Source: Planctomycetales bacterium (GTDB taxonomy: Bacteria; 4484-113). Taken from it: a stretch of 64,000 nucleotides of DNA. The DNA lies in the NCBI GenBank assembly GCA_030606285.1, contig JAUWGS010000002.1, positions 125,612 through 189,611 of the forward strand, read 5' to 3'. Under the pieces are notes generated by a model. It was not told where the DNA came from, searched no databases, and saw nothing but the letters and a program-made list of their open reading frames with translations. A program made the position numbers and the translations under genes. This document shows, piece by piece, positions 55,689-64,000 of the stretch; position 1 is the first letter of the stretch; every line of letters begins with the position of its first letter.

Positions 55689-57581
55689 TTAGGCAGCCCC
55701 CGCGGGCGCCACTGCGGGTGACCTTTTTTCGACGGCATTCTCTTTACATATCTGCACGCAGGCGCCACACTTGTCGCAGAGAGTCTGGTCGATCTCACGC
55801 AGCAGCCCTTCCTTGCGCTTCTGTCTTCGAACAGAATGGATAGCTAAGGACGCACAGGCTTCTTCGCATTCGCCGCAGCCGTTGCAGAGGTCAGGAACGA
55901 TGTGATAGGAAATGAGCGATTGGCATACTCCCCCGGGGCACTTGTGCTCAACGATGTGAGCAGTGTATTCATCCCGGAAATACTTGATGCTGGACAGCAC
56001 GGGGTTGGGAGCTGATTTCCCGAGTCCACAGAGCGCAGTTGCGGCAACCGTCTCGGCAAGTTCCTCAAGGTCGTTGATATCCTTGAGCTTACCTTGCCCG
56101 TCGCAGATCCGGTGCAGAATCTTGGACATCTGCCTGAGCCCCTCGCGGCAAGGGAGGCACTTCCCGCAGCTTTCGTCGATGAGGAAATCGATGAAGTACT
56201 TGGCCACGTCTACCACACAGGTGTGTTCATCCATCACGATCATCCCGCCCGAGCCCATCATTGAGCCGGCATCAGTCAGCGCATCAAAGTCAACGGGAAG
56301 ATTAAGCTTGCTCTCCGGCAGCATCCCTCCGGACGGTCCTCCGGTCTGAACCGCTTTGAACTTCCCATCCTTCTTTATGCCGCCGCCGATATCATAAACG
56401 ATTTCCCGCAGCGAAGTGCCCATTGGCACCTCTATCAGCCCGGTGTTGTTGACTTTGCCCACGAGCGAGAAGACCTTGGTGCCCGGGCTTCCTTCCGTTC
56501 CGATGCCGCGGAACCACTTGGCGCCCTTGTTGATGATGTGCGGGACGTTCGCCCAGGTCTCGACATTGTTGAGGGTCGTCGGTTCGTCGTGGAAGCCCTT
56601 TTCAGTGGCGTGGGTGAACTTGTCGCGCGGCTCGCCAACCTGTCCGTCAAGCGAGCGCATGAGGGCCGATGACTCCCCGCAGACAAAGGAACCTGCACCG
56701 AACGTCATGTCGATATCGAAGCTGAAGTCGGTGCCGAGGATATTGTCACCCAGCAGGCCAAGTTCCCTGGCCTTGTCCAGCGCTGCGCTGAAGGTCTTGA
56801 CAGCCTGAGGATATTCGTGGCGTATGTAGATGTAGCCGTTGGTTCCTCCAATTGCGTACGCGCCGATGAGCATTCCCTCAATCACCGAATGCGGGTTGCC
56901 CTCCAGGACCGCTTGGTCCATGAATGCGCCGGGATCACCCTCGTCGGCGTTGCAGATGATGTGCCGGCGGTCGCCGGGAGCTTCCTTGCAGCTCTTCCAC
57001 TTCCAGCCTGCCGGGTATCCGGCGCCTCCGCGCCCCCGCAGGTTCGCCTCAATCATCTCCTCGATAATGTGTCCAGGCTCCATCACCTGCAGGGCTTTCG
57101 CGAGCGCGGAATATCCACCGTGCGCCAGATAGTCATCGATGCGGAGAGGGTCGACATAGCCATTCAGCGCCAGTACGATACGGTGCTGTTTCGAGTAAAA
57201 CTCGATCTCGTGCTCCCGTCCCAGTTTTTCGCCGGTACCGGGATGCGTGTATAGCAGGCGGTCAACCACCTCATCTTCCTCCTTGGTAGACCGCATGATA
57301 TCTGTTACATCGCCGGGCTTTACCATATGGTAGAAGATGTTTGCCGGACGGACAACGCTGAGCGGACCGTATTCACAGAAGCCCTGGCACCCGCTTTTGA
57401 TGAACCTGATATCGCTGCTCCCTGTGGTCAGCTTCTCGAAAACGTTCGCGACTTCCTCTGAGCCTGCGGCCCGGCACGACGCTCCCTGGCAGACGGAAAT
57501 GACGAGCGGGTACTCCTCGAACTCACGGCGGCACTTGTCCTGAAACAGCTTGAACTGCTCGATGCTCCTAAGCTTCTCCAT
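55689..57581 (-). CDS. NuoF-like flavoprotein (NADH dehydrogenase 51-kDa-type; HydB/HndC-like with N-terminal [2Fe-2S] thioredoxin-like domain and C-terminal 2x[4Fe-4S] domain), copy 2
   Basis: RGRGGAGYPAGWKW FMN/NADH motifs, NADEGDPGAFMD, ESCGKCLPCREG 4Fe-4S motif, C-terminal CxxCxxCxxxC pairs. Confidence 0.8.
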   Translation of the reverse strand: MEKLRSIEQFKLFQDKCRREFEEYPLVISVCQGASCRAAGSEEVANVFEKLTTGSSDIRFIKSGCQGFCEYGPLSVVRPANIFYHMVKPGDVTDIMRSTKEEDEVVDRLLYTHPGTGEKLGREHEIEFYSKQHRIVLALNGYVDPLRIDDYLAHGGYSALAKALQVMEPGHIIEEMIEANLRGRGGAGYPAGWKWKSCKEAPGDRRHIICNADEGDPGAFMDQAVLEGNPHSVIEGMLIGAYAIGGTNGYIYIRHEYPQAVKTFSAALDKARELGLLGDNILGTDFSFDIDMTFGAGSFVCGESSALMRSLDGQVGEPRDKFTHATEKGFHDEPTTLNNVETWANVPHIINKGAKWFRGIGTEGSPGTKVFSLVGKVNNTGLIEVPMGTSLREIVYDIGGGIKKDGKFKAVQTGGPSGGMLPESKLNLPVDFDALTDAGSMMGSGGMIVMDEHTCVVDVAKYFIDFLIDESCGKCLPCREGLRQMSKILHRICDGQGKLKDINDLEELAETVAATALCGLGKSAPNPVLSSIKYFRDEYTAHIVEHKCPGGVCQSLISYHIVPDLCNGCGECEEACASLAIHSVRRQKRKEGLLREIDQTLCDKCGACVQICKENAVEKRSPAVAPAGAA

Positions 57582-58098
57582 TGTTTTCCTCCTTGTTGGC
57601 CCGTTTCCTGAGCCTTTTCACAAGCGCATCGACCCGATCGTGCGTTACATTCGCGTGGTATTCGCCGTCGACCACAAGGACCGGGCCCATAGAGCACGCG
57701 CCTATGCAGTTGACAGACTCCAGCGTGAACAATCCATCATCAGACGTCCCGTTCCAGGGGATCCCGTGCCGCTTATCCAGCGTTTTTGCTAGCAGTGCCG
57801 AACCTAGTATGTAGCAGCCAGTGCCCGTGCAAAGCTGCAGGATGTGCTTGCCCCGCTGCACGAGGCTGAACACTTTGTAGAAGGTTGCAATGTGGTAGAT
57901 CTGACCTTTGGGAACGCCAAGGCGTATCGAGATGTACTCCAGAGCCTCCTGAGGAAGCCAGTTGTACTTCTCCTGGACGGCGAGCATGGCCATGATAGTT
58001 TTCGACGGATTGCCCGCCCACTTCCCTATGAGATCTTCGACTTCTCGTTCGATTTCGCTTGCCGGTTCCGTCATCTCTGGATGTCCGGTTGCTTCCAT
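57568..58098 (-). CDS. NuoE-like [2Fe-2S] thioredoxin-like subunit (24-kDa-type), copy 2
   Basis: LAVQEKYNWLPQEALEYIS...CTGTGCYILG...CIGACSMGPV. Confidence 0.8.
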   Translation of the reverse strand: MEATGHPEMTEPASEIEREVEDLIGKWAGNPSKTIMAMLAVQEKYNWLPQEALEYISIRLGVPKGQIYHIATFYKVFSLVQRGKHILQLCTGTGCYILGSALLAKTLDKRHGIPWNGTSDDGLFTLESVNCIGACSMGPVLVVDGEYHANVTHDRVDALVKRLRKRANKEENNGEA

Positions 58099-58323
58099 AG
58101 TTCATTCCTCCTCGTTTCGTTCTCATGCCAATCGGATGCTCAGTCGACCCTCATAGCACCTCCCCCTTATTGCGCAATCAGCGCAGTCTTGCGAATACGC
58201 AGCTCGTAATAACTCCTATTTCCCTTCAGCTTCTTAACCGGACATCTGTAGCGTGAGCGCATCTCCGCAAAACCCTTACACAATAATAACACCTATTCTA
58301 GCAATGTCAAGCTCATTCTATCA

Positions 58324-58342
58324 GGAATAGGGTATTCCCTTA
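58324..58342 (+). promoter_or_regulatory. operator-like inverted repeat GGAATA-ggg-TATTCC(CTTA) upstream of cassette-2 nuoE-like gene
   Basis: Matches the motif AATAGG-N(1-3)-TATTCCC found twice upstream of cassette 1. Confidence 0.4.
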
Positions 58343-58458
58343 CATAGTAACCTGATATGGTAAGCGGGATGTCCAGGCGAAAGCCTGCGTAGCTGGGGAA
58401 TGGCCTTTTGCGCGTACGGGCGAAGGTCAGTTTCTTGTAGAGATGGGGATTACACGCC

Positions 58459-58920
58459 TTAGCCTTTCTTATCTGCCGCAACCGGTTCAGTGGCGGCTTG
58501 TCTTTGCTCTTCTTTCTTCTGCTTCAAGCATTCCGGGCACAGCCCAATGAGCTCCAATCGGTGCCCGATTACTTCGTAGTCGCATAGATCGCGGAATGCC
58601 TGTTCCAGGTACGTGAACGGCTGCACGGGCAGATTCGTCACTCGGCCGCAGCGTACGCATCTGGCGTGGTAGTGATTATTGGTATCGGCGTCGAAGTGCT
58701 TCTTAGAGCAGCCGACCTCAAGCACCTGGATCTTGCCCCATTCGCACAGCGTTTCGAGGTCTCGGTAGATGGTGCTCATGCTGATGCGTGGTAGCCGCTT
58801 CCTGACGGCCTCGTAGACCTCGTCGGCTGTCGGATGGCCGTCGAATTTTCTTGTCTCCTCAAGGATGACCCGGCGTTGCCGGGTCATCCTGAGTTCCTGA
58901 TTTGACGAATTGCGATTCAC
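58459..58920 (-). CDS. Fur-family transcriptional regulator, copy 1
   Basis: About 90% identical to copy 2 in the first 110 aa. Same 30-nt spacing after the nuoF-like stop. Confidence 0.7.
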   Translation of the reverse strand: MNRNSSNQELRMTRQRRVILEETRKFDGHPTADEVYEAVRKRLPRISMSTIYRDLETLCEWGKIQVLEVGCSKKHFDADTNNHYHARCVRCGRVTNLPVQPFTYLEQAFRDLCDYEVIGHRLELIGLCPECLKQKKEEQRQAATEPVAADKKG

Positions 58921-58948
58921 CTGTTAGAGACCATCTGCCCTGTCTCCG

Positions 58949-60847
58949 TCAGCTCCTGGCCGCGCCTACCGGAACTTCTGCCGGAGAGCGCTTCTCGATG
59001 GCATCCTCCGGACAGATCTCGATGCAGGCGCCACACTTAACGCAAGCTTCAAGGTCGATTTCGTGAAGCAAGCCATCCTTGCGCTTCTTCCCGCGTACCG
59101 TGTGGATAGCGTCGACCGGACAGATTTTAGCGCAGGCTCCGCAACCGGTGCAGGATTCCGGCAGGATGTGGTAGGAGATCAGCGCCTTGCAGACGCCGCC
59201 GGGGCACCTGTGCTCAACGATGTGCGCAAGGTACTCCTCGCGGAAATGCCTGATACTCGAAAGTACCGGGTTCGGTGCTGACTTCCCGAGTCCGCAAAGC
59301 GCGGTTGCTGCAACCGTCTCGCCGAGCGCCTCCAGGTCGTTTACGTCCTTGAGCTTGCCGTCCCCGTCGCAGATCCGGTGGAGCATCTCGGACATCTGCC
59401 GGAGTCCTTCACGGCAGGGCAAACACTTGCCGCAGCTCTCATCGATCAGGAAGTCGATGAAGTACTTGGCTACGTCAACAACGCATGTGTCCTCGTCCAT
59501 TACTATCATGCCTCCCGAGCCCATCATTGAGCCCGCTTCAGTCAGCTCGTCGAAGTCCACAGGGAGGTCCAGCTGGGCTTCCGAGAGCATCCCGCCGGAC
59601 GGCCCGCCGGTCTGCACTGCTTTGAATTCCTTGTCTTCTTTGATGCCGCCGCCAATGTCGAAGACGATTTCCCGAAGCGATATTCCCATCGGGACCTCGA
59701 TGAGGCCGGTGTTTTCCACCTTGCCGACGAGCGAGAAGACCTTCGTGCCGGGGCTGTCCTTGGTGCCGATACCCCGGAACCACTGCGCGCCCTTGTTGAC
59801 GATGTGCGGTACGTTCGCCCAGGTCTCGACGTTGTTGAGGTTTGTGGGCTCGTCATGGTACCCCTGCTCGGTGGCGTGGATGAACTTGTCGCGCGGCTCG
59901 CCGACCTGTCCCTGGAGAGAACGCACAAGCGCGGATGATTCGCCGCATACAAACGCGCCGGCGCCGAAGCACACCTGGATGTCGAAGTCGAAGCCGGTGC
60001 CGAGGATGTTCTCGCCCAGCAGGCCGTAGTCTCTCGCCTGGTCCAGGGCGTTCTGGAACGTATGCACGGCGTACGGATACTCGTGGCGAATGTAGATGTG
60101 GCCGTCGGTTCCGCCGATGGCGTACGCGCCGATGATCATGCCTTCGATGACCGAGTGCGGGTTGCCTTCCAGGACCGCCTGGTCCATGAACGCGCCCGGG
60201 TCGCCCTCGTCGGCGTTGCAGATGATGTGGCGGCGCTCGCCGGGCGCTTCGCTACAGGTCTTCCACTTCCATCCTGCGGAGAAGCCGGCGCCGCCACGCC
60301 CGCGCAGGTTCGCCTGGATCATCTCCTCGATGACCTCCCCGCGCTCCATCCCGGTCATTGCCTTGGCGAGCGCGGAGTACCCATCGTAGGCGAAGTAGTC
60401 CTCGATCCTGAACGGATCGATGTACCCGTTGAGCTCCAGCACTACCCGGTGCTGCTTCGCGTAGAAGTCGATTTCGTGCTCTTTACCGAGCTTCTCCCCA
60501 GTTGTCGGATGCGCGTAGAGCAACCGGTCAACGACCTCGCCGCGTTCGACCGTCTTCTGCATAACCTCGCTGGCGTCACCGGGCTTGAGCATCTGGTAGA
60601 AGATATTCGACGGTCGGACAACGCTTAGTGGGCCCTTCTCGCAGAAGCCCTGGCATCCGCTTCTGATGAATCGGATGTCACTGCTTCCCCCGACGATTTT
60701 CTCAAATGCGTTGGCGACTTCCACGGCGCCGGTCGCCCGGCACGACATCCCATGGCAGATGGAAATGACCATGGGGTAGGCCTCAAGCTCCTTGCGGAAC
60801 TTTTCCTGAATGACTTTGAGCATTTCAGCTGATTCGATTCTAGGCAT
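58949..60847 (-). CDS. NuoF-like flavoprotein (HydB/HndC-like), copy 1
   Basis: About 80% identical to copy 2. Same domain order. Confidence 0.8.
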   Translation of the reverse strand: MPRIESAEMLKVIQEKFRKELEAYPMVISICHGMSCRATGAVEVANAFEKIVGGSSDIRFIRSGCQGFCEKGPLSVVRPSNIFYQMLKPGDASEVMQKTVERGEVVDRLLYAHPTTGEKLGKEHEIDFYAKQHRVVLELNGYIDPFRIEDYFAYDGYSALAKAMTGMERGEVIEEMIQANLRGRGGAGFSAGWKWKTCSEAPGERRHIICNADEGDPGAFMDQAVLEGNPHSVIEGMIIGAYAIGGTDGHIYIRHEYPYAVHTFQNALDQARDYGLLGENILGTGFDFDIQVCFGAGAFVCGESSALVRSLQGQVGEPRDKFIHATEQGYHDEPTNLNNVETWANVPHIVNKGAQWFRGIGTKDSPGTKVFSLVGKVENTGLIEVPMGISLREIVFDIGGGIKEDKEFKAVQTGGPSGGMLSEAQLDLPVDFDELTEAGSMMGSGGMIVMDEDTCVVDVAKYFIDFLIDESCGKCLPCREGLRQMSEMLHRICDGDGKLKDVNDLEALGETVAATALCGLGKSAPNPVLSSIRHFREEYLAHIVEHRCPGGVCKALISYHILPESCTGCGACAKICPVDAIHTVRGKKRKDGLLHEIDLEACVKCGACIEICPEDAIEKRSPAEVPVGAARS

Positions 60848-61370
60848 CTTTTGCCTCCTTCTCAGCCAGCCGCTTCAGTCTCTTGACGACTGCGCCTGCG
60901 CGATTCTGCGTCATGTTTCCCCGGTGCTTGCCGTCCACAACCAGAACCGGGCCGATTGTGCAGGCTCCCACGCAGTTCACGCGTTCCAGTGTGAACAGCC
61001 CATCCTCGGACGTACCTCCCAGCGGAATCCCGTAGTCCCTTTCCAGGGCGTCCGCCACCATGGGTGCGCCTCGAACGTGGCACGCTGTTCCCATGCAGAG
61101 CTTGAGGATGTGCTTGCCCCGCGGGACCAGGCTGAACACCTTGTAGAACGTCGCGATGTGATAGATCTGGCCCTTGGGGACCTCGAAGCGCCGGGAGATA
61201 TAGTCCAGGGCGTCCGGCGGCAGCCAGTTGTACTTGTCCTGAACCGCCAGCATAGCCATGATCAGCTTTTCCTGGTCTCCCCCCCAGTCTTTGACCAGCT
61301 CCTCGACCTCCTTGTCGGTCTGCGAAGTTGGCTCGATTACACTAAGTTCCCTTATTGCCTCCATGGTCAC
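60840..61370 (-). CDS. NuoE-like [2Fe-2S] subunit, copy 1
   Basis: LAVQDKYNWLPPDALDYIS...CMGTACHVRG...CVGACTIGPV. Confidence 0.8.
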   Translation of the reverse strand: MTMEAIRELSVIEPTSQTDKEVEELVKDWGGDQEKLIMAMLAVQDKYNWLPPDALDYISRRFEVPKGQIYHIATFYKVFSLVPRGKHILKLCMGTACHVRGAPMVADALERDYGIPLGGTSEDGLFTLERVNCVGACTIGPVLVVDGKHRGNMTQNRAGAVVKRLKRLAEKEAKDA

Positions 61371-61407
61371 CTCCGATGCCCTTTCGCTATTGTCTTCATA
61401 ATTAGCG

Positions 61408-61499
61408 AATAGGAACTATTCCCATTATATCGTCCGAAATGGGGTCTGTCAACCCCCTGTAAGGAAATTTAACCTATGCAAATAGGAATTATTCCCATT
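61408..61499 (+). promoter_or_regulatory. two copies of AATAGGAAnTATTCCCATT (61408-61426, 61481-61499), 73 bp apart, in the promoter region of cassette 1; palindrome GGGGTctgtcaACCCC between them
   Basis: AT-rich motif island in a GC-rich intergenic region. Related motif upstream of cassette 2. Candidate binding site for the co-transcribed Fur-family regulator. Confidence 0.45.
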
Positions 61500-61779
61500 T
61501 TGCAGTTATCAGAAGGGACATCTGTGCTCTCAGGTCTAAACCCGCAAATGCAGGCTCAGCACGCTGGATTGAGTCTAGCGTTGCTGAAGTGTCTGAATCT
61601 AGAGACCAGTTGCCACTCACTCTCAGTTGTGATGCCCAAAAGAGCCTTCGCGGGCTGATGATCACTGCGCTGACCTTCTGAGTTGAGTCGATGGCGCTGC
61701 CGCTTGAGTATCAAGCTCGCACACTGCACAGCTAGGTTCTGTGCTAGTATCTTCGGAACGCTTTCAGCGGGGGTTGTAT

Positions 61780-62376
61780 ATGGCCTATTTGCTTACCGCA
61801 GCGATTGTCGTCGTTGTAGCTCTAATTGCATTATGGCTCATCGTAGCCTACAACCGCTTCATTCGCGGCACGAACCTTGTGCGCGAAGCGTGGAGCGGCA
61901 TAGACGTGCAGCTCAAGCGCCGTCACGACCTAATCCCCAACATTGTCGAAGCCGTCAAGGGATACAGCAGCCACGAACGCGAGGTGTTCGAAGAAGTGGC
62001 GGCGCTGCGGGCGAAAGGTGCGGACGACGACGTGCTCAAGCGCAGTGAAACGGAAAACGCACTCACTCGTTCGATTAAGACTCTCTTCGCGGTCGCCGAG
62101 GATTATCCCGAGCTCAGAGCCAACGAGAACTTCCTCTCGCTGCACGAGGCGCTGGTCGAGGTCGAGGACGATATCCAGTACGCTCGCCGGTACTACAACG
62201 GTACGGTGCGCGACTTCAACATCCGGGTGGAGGCTTTCCCCAGCAACTTAGTTGCCGCTGCGTTCAGCTTCAGGCGCAAAGTGTACTTCGAGATTGAGCT
62301 GGCGAGCGAGCGTGAAGCGCCGGAAATGGACCTGTCGGATACGCGCGAAGAATCTTCGGAGGGGCACGATGCATAA
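61780..62376 (+). CDS. LemA-family membrane protein
   Basis: N-terminal TM (LLTAAIVVVVALIALWLIVAY) then NRFIRGTNLVREAWSGIDVQLKRRHDLIPN...YYNGTVRDFN. Confidence 0.75.
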   Translation: MAYLLTAAIVVVVALIALWLIVAYNRFIRGTNLVREAWSGIDVQLKRRHDLIPNIVEAVKGYSSHEREVFEEVAALRAKGADDDVLKRSETENALTRSIKTLFAVAEDYPELRANENFLSLHEALVEVEDDIQYARRYYNGTVRDFNIRVEAFPSNLVAAAFSFRRKVYFEIELASEREAPEMDLSDTREESSEGHDA

Positions 62377-64000
62377 ATACTTAGCCGCCGCATCCTTACT
62401 GCTTGTCACACTGCTGGCCGTCACAATCCTCGTTCCTTCCACTGCGCGAGTGGCCGAAGTCATACTGGACTTTCGCAGCGACATCACCGTAAACGAAGAC
62501 TCGACAATGACGGTGCGCGAAACCATCACCGTGCGCGCCGAAAACAACCGGATAAAGCACGGCATCTACCGCGAATTCCCCACCCGCTACACCGATCGGT
62601 TCGGCAACAGGTACGTCGTGGATTTCCGCGTGCTGGAGGTGCTGCGGGACGGCGAGCCCGAGCCGTACCACACTAAGCGGCGCAGTAACGGCGTCGCGGT
62701 GTACATCGGGCATGAGGACGTGATAATCCCCCCAGGGATCTATACGTACACCATCGCCTACAAGACCAACCGGCAGCTTGGCTACTTCGACGGCCACGAC
62801 GAGCTCTACTGGAACGTCACCGGCAACGGCTGGATTTTCCCCATTGAAAACGTCCACGCTACGGTAACCCTCCCGGCGGGCGTCCCGCCTGATGATTTGA
62901 AGGCGTACGGATTCACCGGCGTGCAGGGCGCAACGGGCGATGACTACACAAGCTCGGTGGGAACTTCCGGGCTCTGCTACTTCGCTACTACCCGCACGCT
63001 ACGTTCGTACGAAGGGCTGACTGTCGTCGTCGAGTTCCCCAAGGGCTTCGTCACCGCGCCTTCGGGATCAACGCGGCTGAAGTGGCTTCTGCGCGACAAC
63101 GCCGCGCTGATCGTCGCTCTGCTCGGCCTAATCCTGCTGATTGCTTTTTACTGGCAGGCGTGGTCTATTGTTGGCAGAGACCTGCCGCGCGGGACGATAA
63201 TCCCGCTCTTTGAGCCGCCCACGGACTTCTCTCCCGCTGCCGTGCGCTTCCTCAGGCGCATGGGATTCGACCACAAGGTGCTCGCCGCAGCGATTATCAA
63301 TATGGCGGTAAAGGGCTACGTGAAGATCGACGAGGCTGAAAAGCGCAAGTACACCATCACCCGTCTGCGCGACGACGTGAAGGAGCTTTCGGGCGTGGAA
63401 ATCCAGTTGCTCGACAAGCTCCTTCCCGCCGCCGGCGCGAGCATCGTTTTAGAAAAAGACAACGCGTCCACGCTCCAGAGCGGCGTTTTCGCCGTCACAA
63501 AATACCTCGACAAGATGCTGAGGAAGCGCTACTACGTCCTGAACGCCGGAGTGTTCTCCATAGGCCTGGTGTTCGCCATCGCCGTGAGCGCAGTCGCCTT
63601 CCTCATTATGATAAATGCGGGAAGCGTGTCCCTCTTCGTAATCCCGTTCGCGTTCGCCTACGTAGTAGTGATCGCGCTGTTCGGTCACCTGCTCAAAGCC
63701 TGGACGCCCATAGGCCGCGACGTGCTGGACCGGATAGAGGGCTTCCGCATGTACCTCTCGGTCGCCGAGAAGGAGCGCCTGGAGATGCTCAACCCACCGG
63801 AGCGCACGCCGGAGCTTTTCGAGATGTTCCTGCCCTACGCGCTGGCGCTGGACGTGGAGCAGAAGTGGTCCGAGCAGTTCGCCGACGTCTTCGCACGGAT
63901 GAGCGCGGAAGGCAAGGAATACCGCCCGGTGTGGTATTCGGGCAGCTCGTGGCGCGGGCTGGCGGCGTCGCGGTTCGCGCACACGATGGGCAGCTCGTTC
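62369..64000 (+). CDS. DUF2207-type membrane protein (usual LemA partner), 3' end outside window
   Basis: Read from DNA (not in the ORF track because no stop occurs before the window end): MHKYLAAASLLLVTLLAV... Large extracytoplasmic domain then TM helices. ATG overlaps the lemA stop. Confidence 0.55.
   Translation, partial: MHKYLAAASLLLVTLLAVTILVPSTARVAEVILDFRSDITVNEDSTMTVRETITVRAENNRIKHGIYREFPTRYTDRFGNRYVVDFRVLEVLRDGEPEPYHTKRRSNGVAVYIGHEDVIIPPGIYTYTIAYKTNRQLGYFDGHDELYWNVTGNGWIFPIENVHATVTLPAGVPPDDLKAYGFTGVQGATGDDYTSSVGTSGLCYFATTRTLRSYEGLTVVVEFPKGFVTAPSGSTRLKWLLRDNAALIVALLGLILLIAFYWQAWSIVGRDLPRGTIIPLFEPPTDFSPAAVRFLRRMGFDHKVLAAAIINMAVKGYVKIDEAEKRKYTITRLRDDVKELSGVEIQLLDKLLPAAGASIVLEKDNASTLQSGVFAVTKYLDKMLRKRYYVLNAGVFSIGLVFAIAVSAVAFLIMINAGSVSLFVIPFAFAYVVVIALFGHLLKAWTPIGRDVLDRIEGFRMYLSVAEKERLEMLNPPERTPELFEMFLPYALALDVEQKWSEQFADVFARMSAEGKEYRPVWYSGSSWRGLAASRFAHTMGSSF

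Noticed and set aside
1-64000. Integrase, transposase, IS element or prophage genes
   Set aside because: Searched all listed ORFs for tyrosine/serine recombinase or DDE transposase signatures and for terminal inverted repeats. None recognised. The cassettes described therefore lack a cis-encoded recombinase.

Overview
High-GC (~63%) bacterial chromosomal segment from a probable diderm. Evidence for an outer membrane: a GT9 heptosyltransferase, the ADP-heptose genes hldA and hldC, an LptD-like beta-barrel protein. All protein calls are from motif recognition of the supplied six-frame translations; no database searches were run. Layout: 0-3.8 kb LPS-core heptose genes and a ComF-like gene; tRNA-Asp; 4.2-6.6 kb cytochrome c maturation system II (ccsA/ccsB); LptD; an orphan PhnD-type binding protein; a 1260-aa lipoprotein with dockerin-like, PKD and Gly/Asp-repeat regions; aspS; 18.7-25 kb accessory region (tandem-repeat protein, two paralogous unknown ~320-aa proteins flanking fixC-fixX, wHTH-MNT/HEPN pair, nadD); 25.7-46.3 kb contiguous rpsL-rpsG-fusA/S10/spc/alpha ribosomal superoperon (no tuf after fusA, no L30, Zn-type S14); NlpC/P60 hydrolase; a toxin-antitoxin islet (HicB-like pair, second MNT/HEPN pair) abutting tmRNA (ssrA), which is followed by two tandem small GIY-YIG genes; cysE, stomatin-NfeD, NMO-family flavoprotein, RRM protein; two tandem copies of a nuoE-like/nuoF-like/fur-family three-gene cassette sharing an upstream operator-like motif; lemA-DUF2207. 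Main hunt result: three small cargo cassettes (a tandem-repeat-protein gene between hldA and hldC; MNT-HEPN upstream of nadD; 2x GIY-YIG at the tmRNA 3' end), each bounded by direct repeats with a 21-23-nt identical core. In two cases the upstream repeat copy is a decayed duplicate of the 5' end of the downstream housekeeping gene. No integrase or transposase is recognisable anywhere in the window. This looks like a recurrent gene-5'-end-replacing insertion mechanism or miniature integrative elements. Further results: a novel 20-aa tandem-repeat protein family (2 copies), the duplicated flavoprotein-Fur cassettes with candidate operator, and candidate operators for the wHTH-MNT antitoxin.
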